NCBI GenBank assembly: GCA_046570105.1
Contig: JBKHVI010000059.1
Coordinates: forward strand, 1-15,223
Source of the DNA: Bacteriovoracia bacterium
Lineage (GTDB): Bacteria; Bdellovibrionota; Bacteriovoracia; Bacteriovoracales; Bacteriovoracaceae
DNA: 15,223 nt
Direction of reading: 5' to 3'
The notes under the pieces were generated by a model, which made no database searches, was not told the DNA's origin, and saw nothing but the letters and a program-made list of their open reading frames with translations. Below, in pieces: positions 15,071 through 15,223 of this stretch. How positions within the stretch are numbered: position 1 is the first letter of the stretch; the number at the start of each line of letters is the position of its first letter. Position numbers and translations under genes: made by a program.

Positions 15071-15223
15071 AGCTCTCGCTCACAATCTCCAAACTATTCA
15101 AAATGAATTACAAGGTTCACGCTCACAACTCTTAGTTGTGAGCAAAACCCAATCGCTCGACGATGTCCGTGCGCTCTACCTTGCGGGCCAGCGGCACTTT
15201 GGTGAAAACCGTGTGCAGAAGTT
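15057..15223 (+). CDS. yggS: YggS/PLPBP pyridoxal-phosphate homeostasis protein, 3'-partial (not in the ORF track)
   Basis: Manual translation from ATG 15057 gives MKRPEALAHNLQTIQNELQGSRSQLLVVSKTQSLDDVRALYLAGQRHFGENRVQ..., with the VSK PLP-lysine motif and GQRxFGEN. It overlaps the previous gene by 14 bp. Confidence 0.9.
   Translation, partial: MKRPEALAHNLQTIQNELQGSRSQLLVVSKTQSLDDVRALYLAGQRHFGENRVQK

Noticed and set aside
15210..15223. yggS reads GENRVQK where QE is usual (possible frameshift)
   Set aside because: It falls in the last few bases of the window, so a substitution, an indel and an edge artefact cannot be told apart.
1..15223. CRISPR array, tRNA/rRNA, prophage or defence-system genes
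   Set aside because: I saw no regularly spaced repeats, cloverleaf-like sequences or recognisable phage/defence motifs, and all intergenic gaps are under 300 bp.

Overview
A gene-dense bacterial chromosomal window. Gene content and order suggest a Bdellovibrionota (Bacteriovorax/Peredibacter-like) organism, but that assignment is inference. Left to right: a 5'-truncated ClpB-type AAA+ disaggregase; a lipoprotein metallo-beta-lactamase-fold hydrolase (NAPE-PLD/RomA-like); a complete minus-strand non-classical chaperone-usher pilus cluster (cysteine-free major pilin, 73-aa 'mini-pilin', chaperone, usher, two-domain tip adhesin); a divergent solo HUH/Y1 (RAYT/IS200-like) transposase with a basic N-terminal tail; a SulP transporter lacking STAS; a pgsA-serB-LRR operon; a PilZ-domain protein; and glpX-SRPBCC-hypothetical-yggS (partial). 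The best candidate for an undescribed system is the pilus cluster. It has a secreted mini-subunit that keeps only the pilin donor strand (candidate assembly terminator or cap). It also has three apparently different promoter classes (sigma54, sigma28, sigma70) and near-identical inverted GC hairpins flanking the major pilin gene. Several genes look leaderless (TGn/-10/6 nt/ATG). I saw no rRNA, tRNA or CRISPR array. All protein calls come from motif recognition by eye, not database searches.
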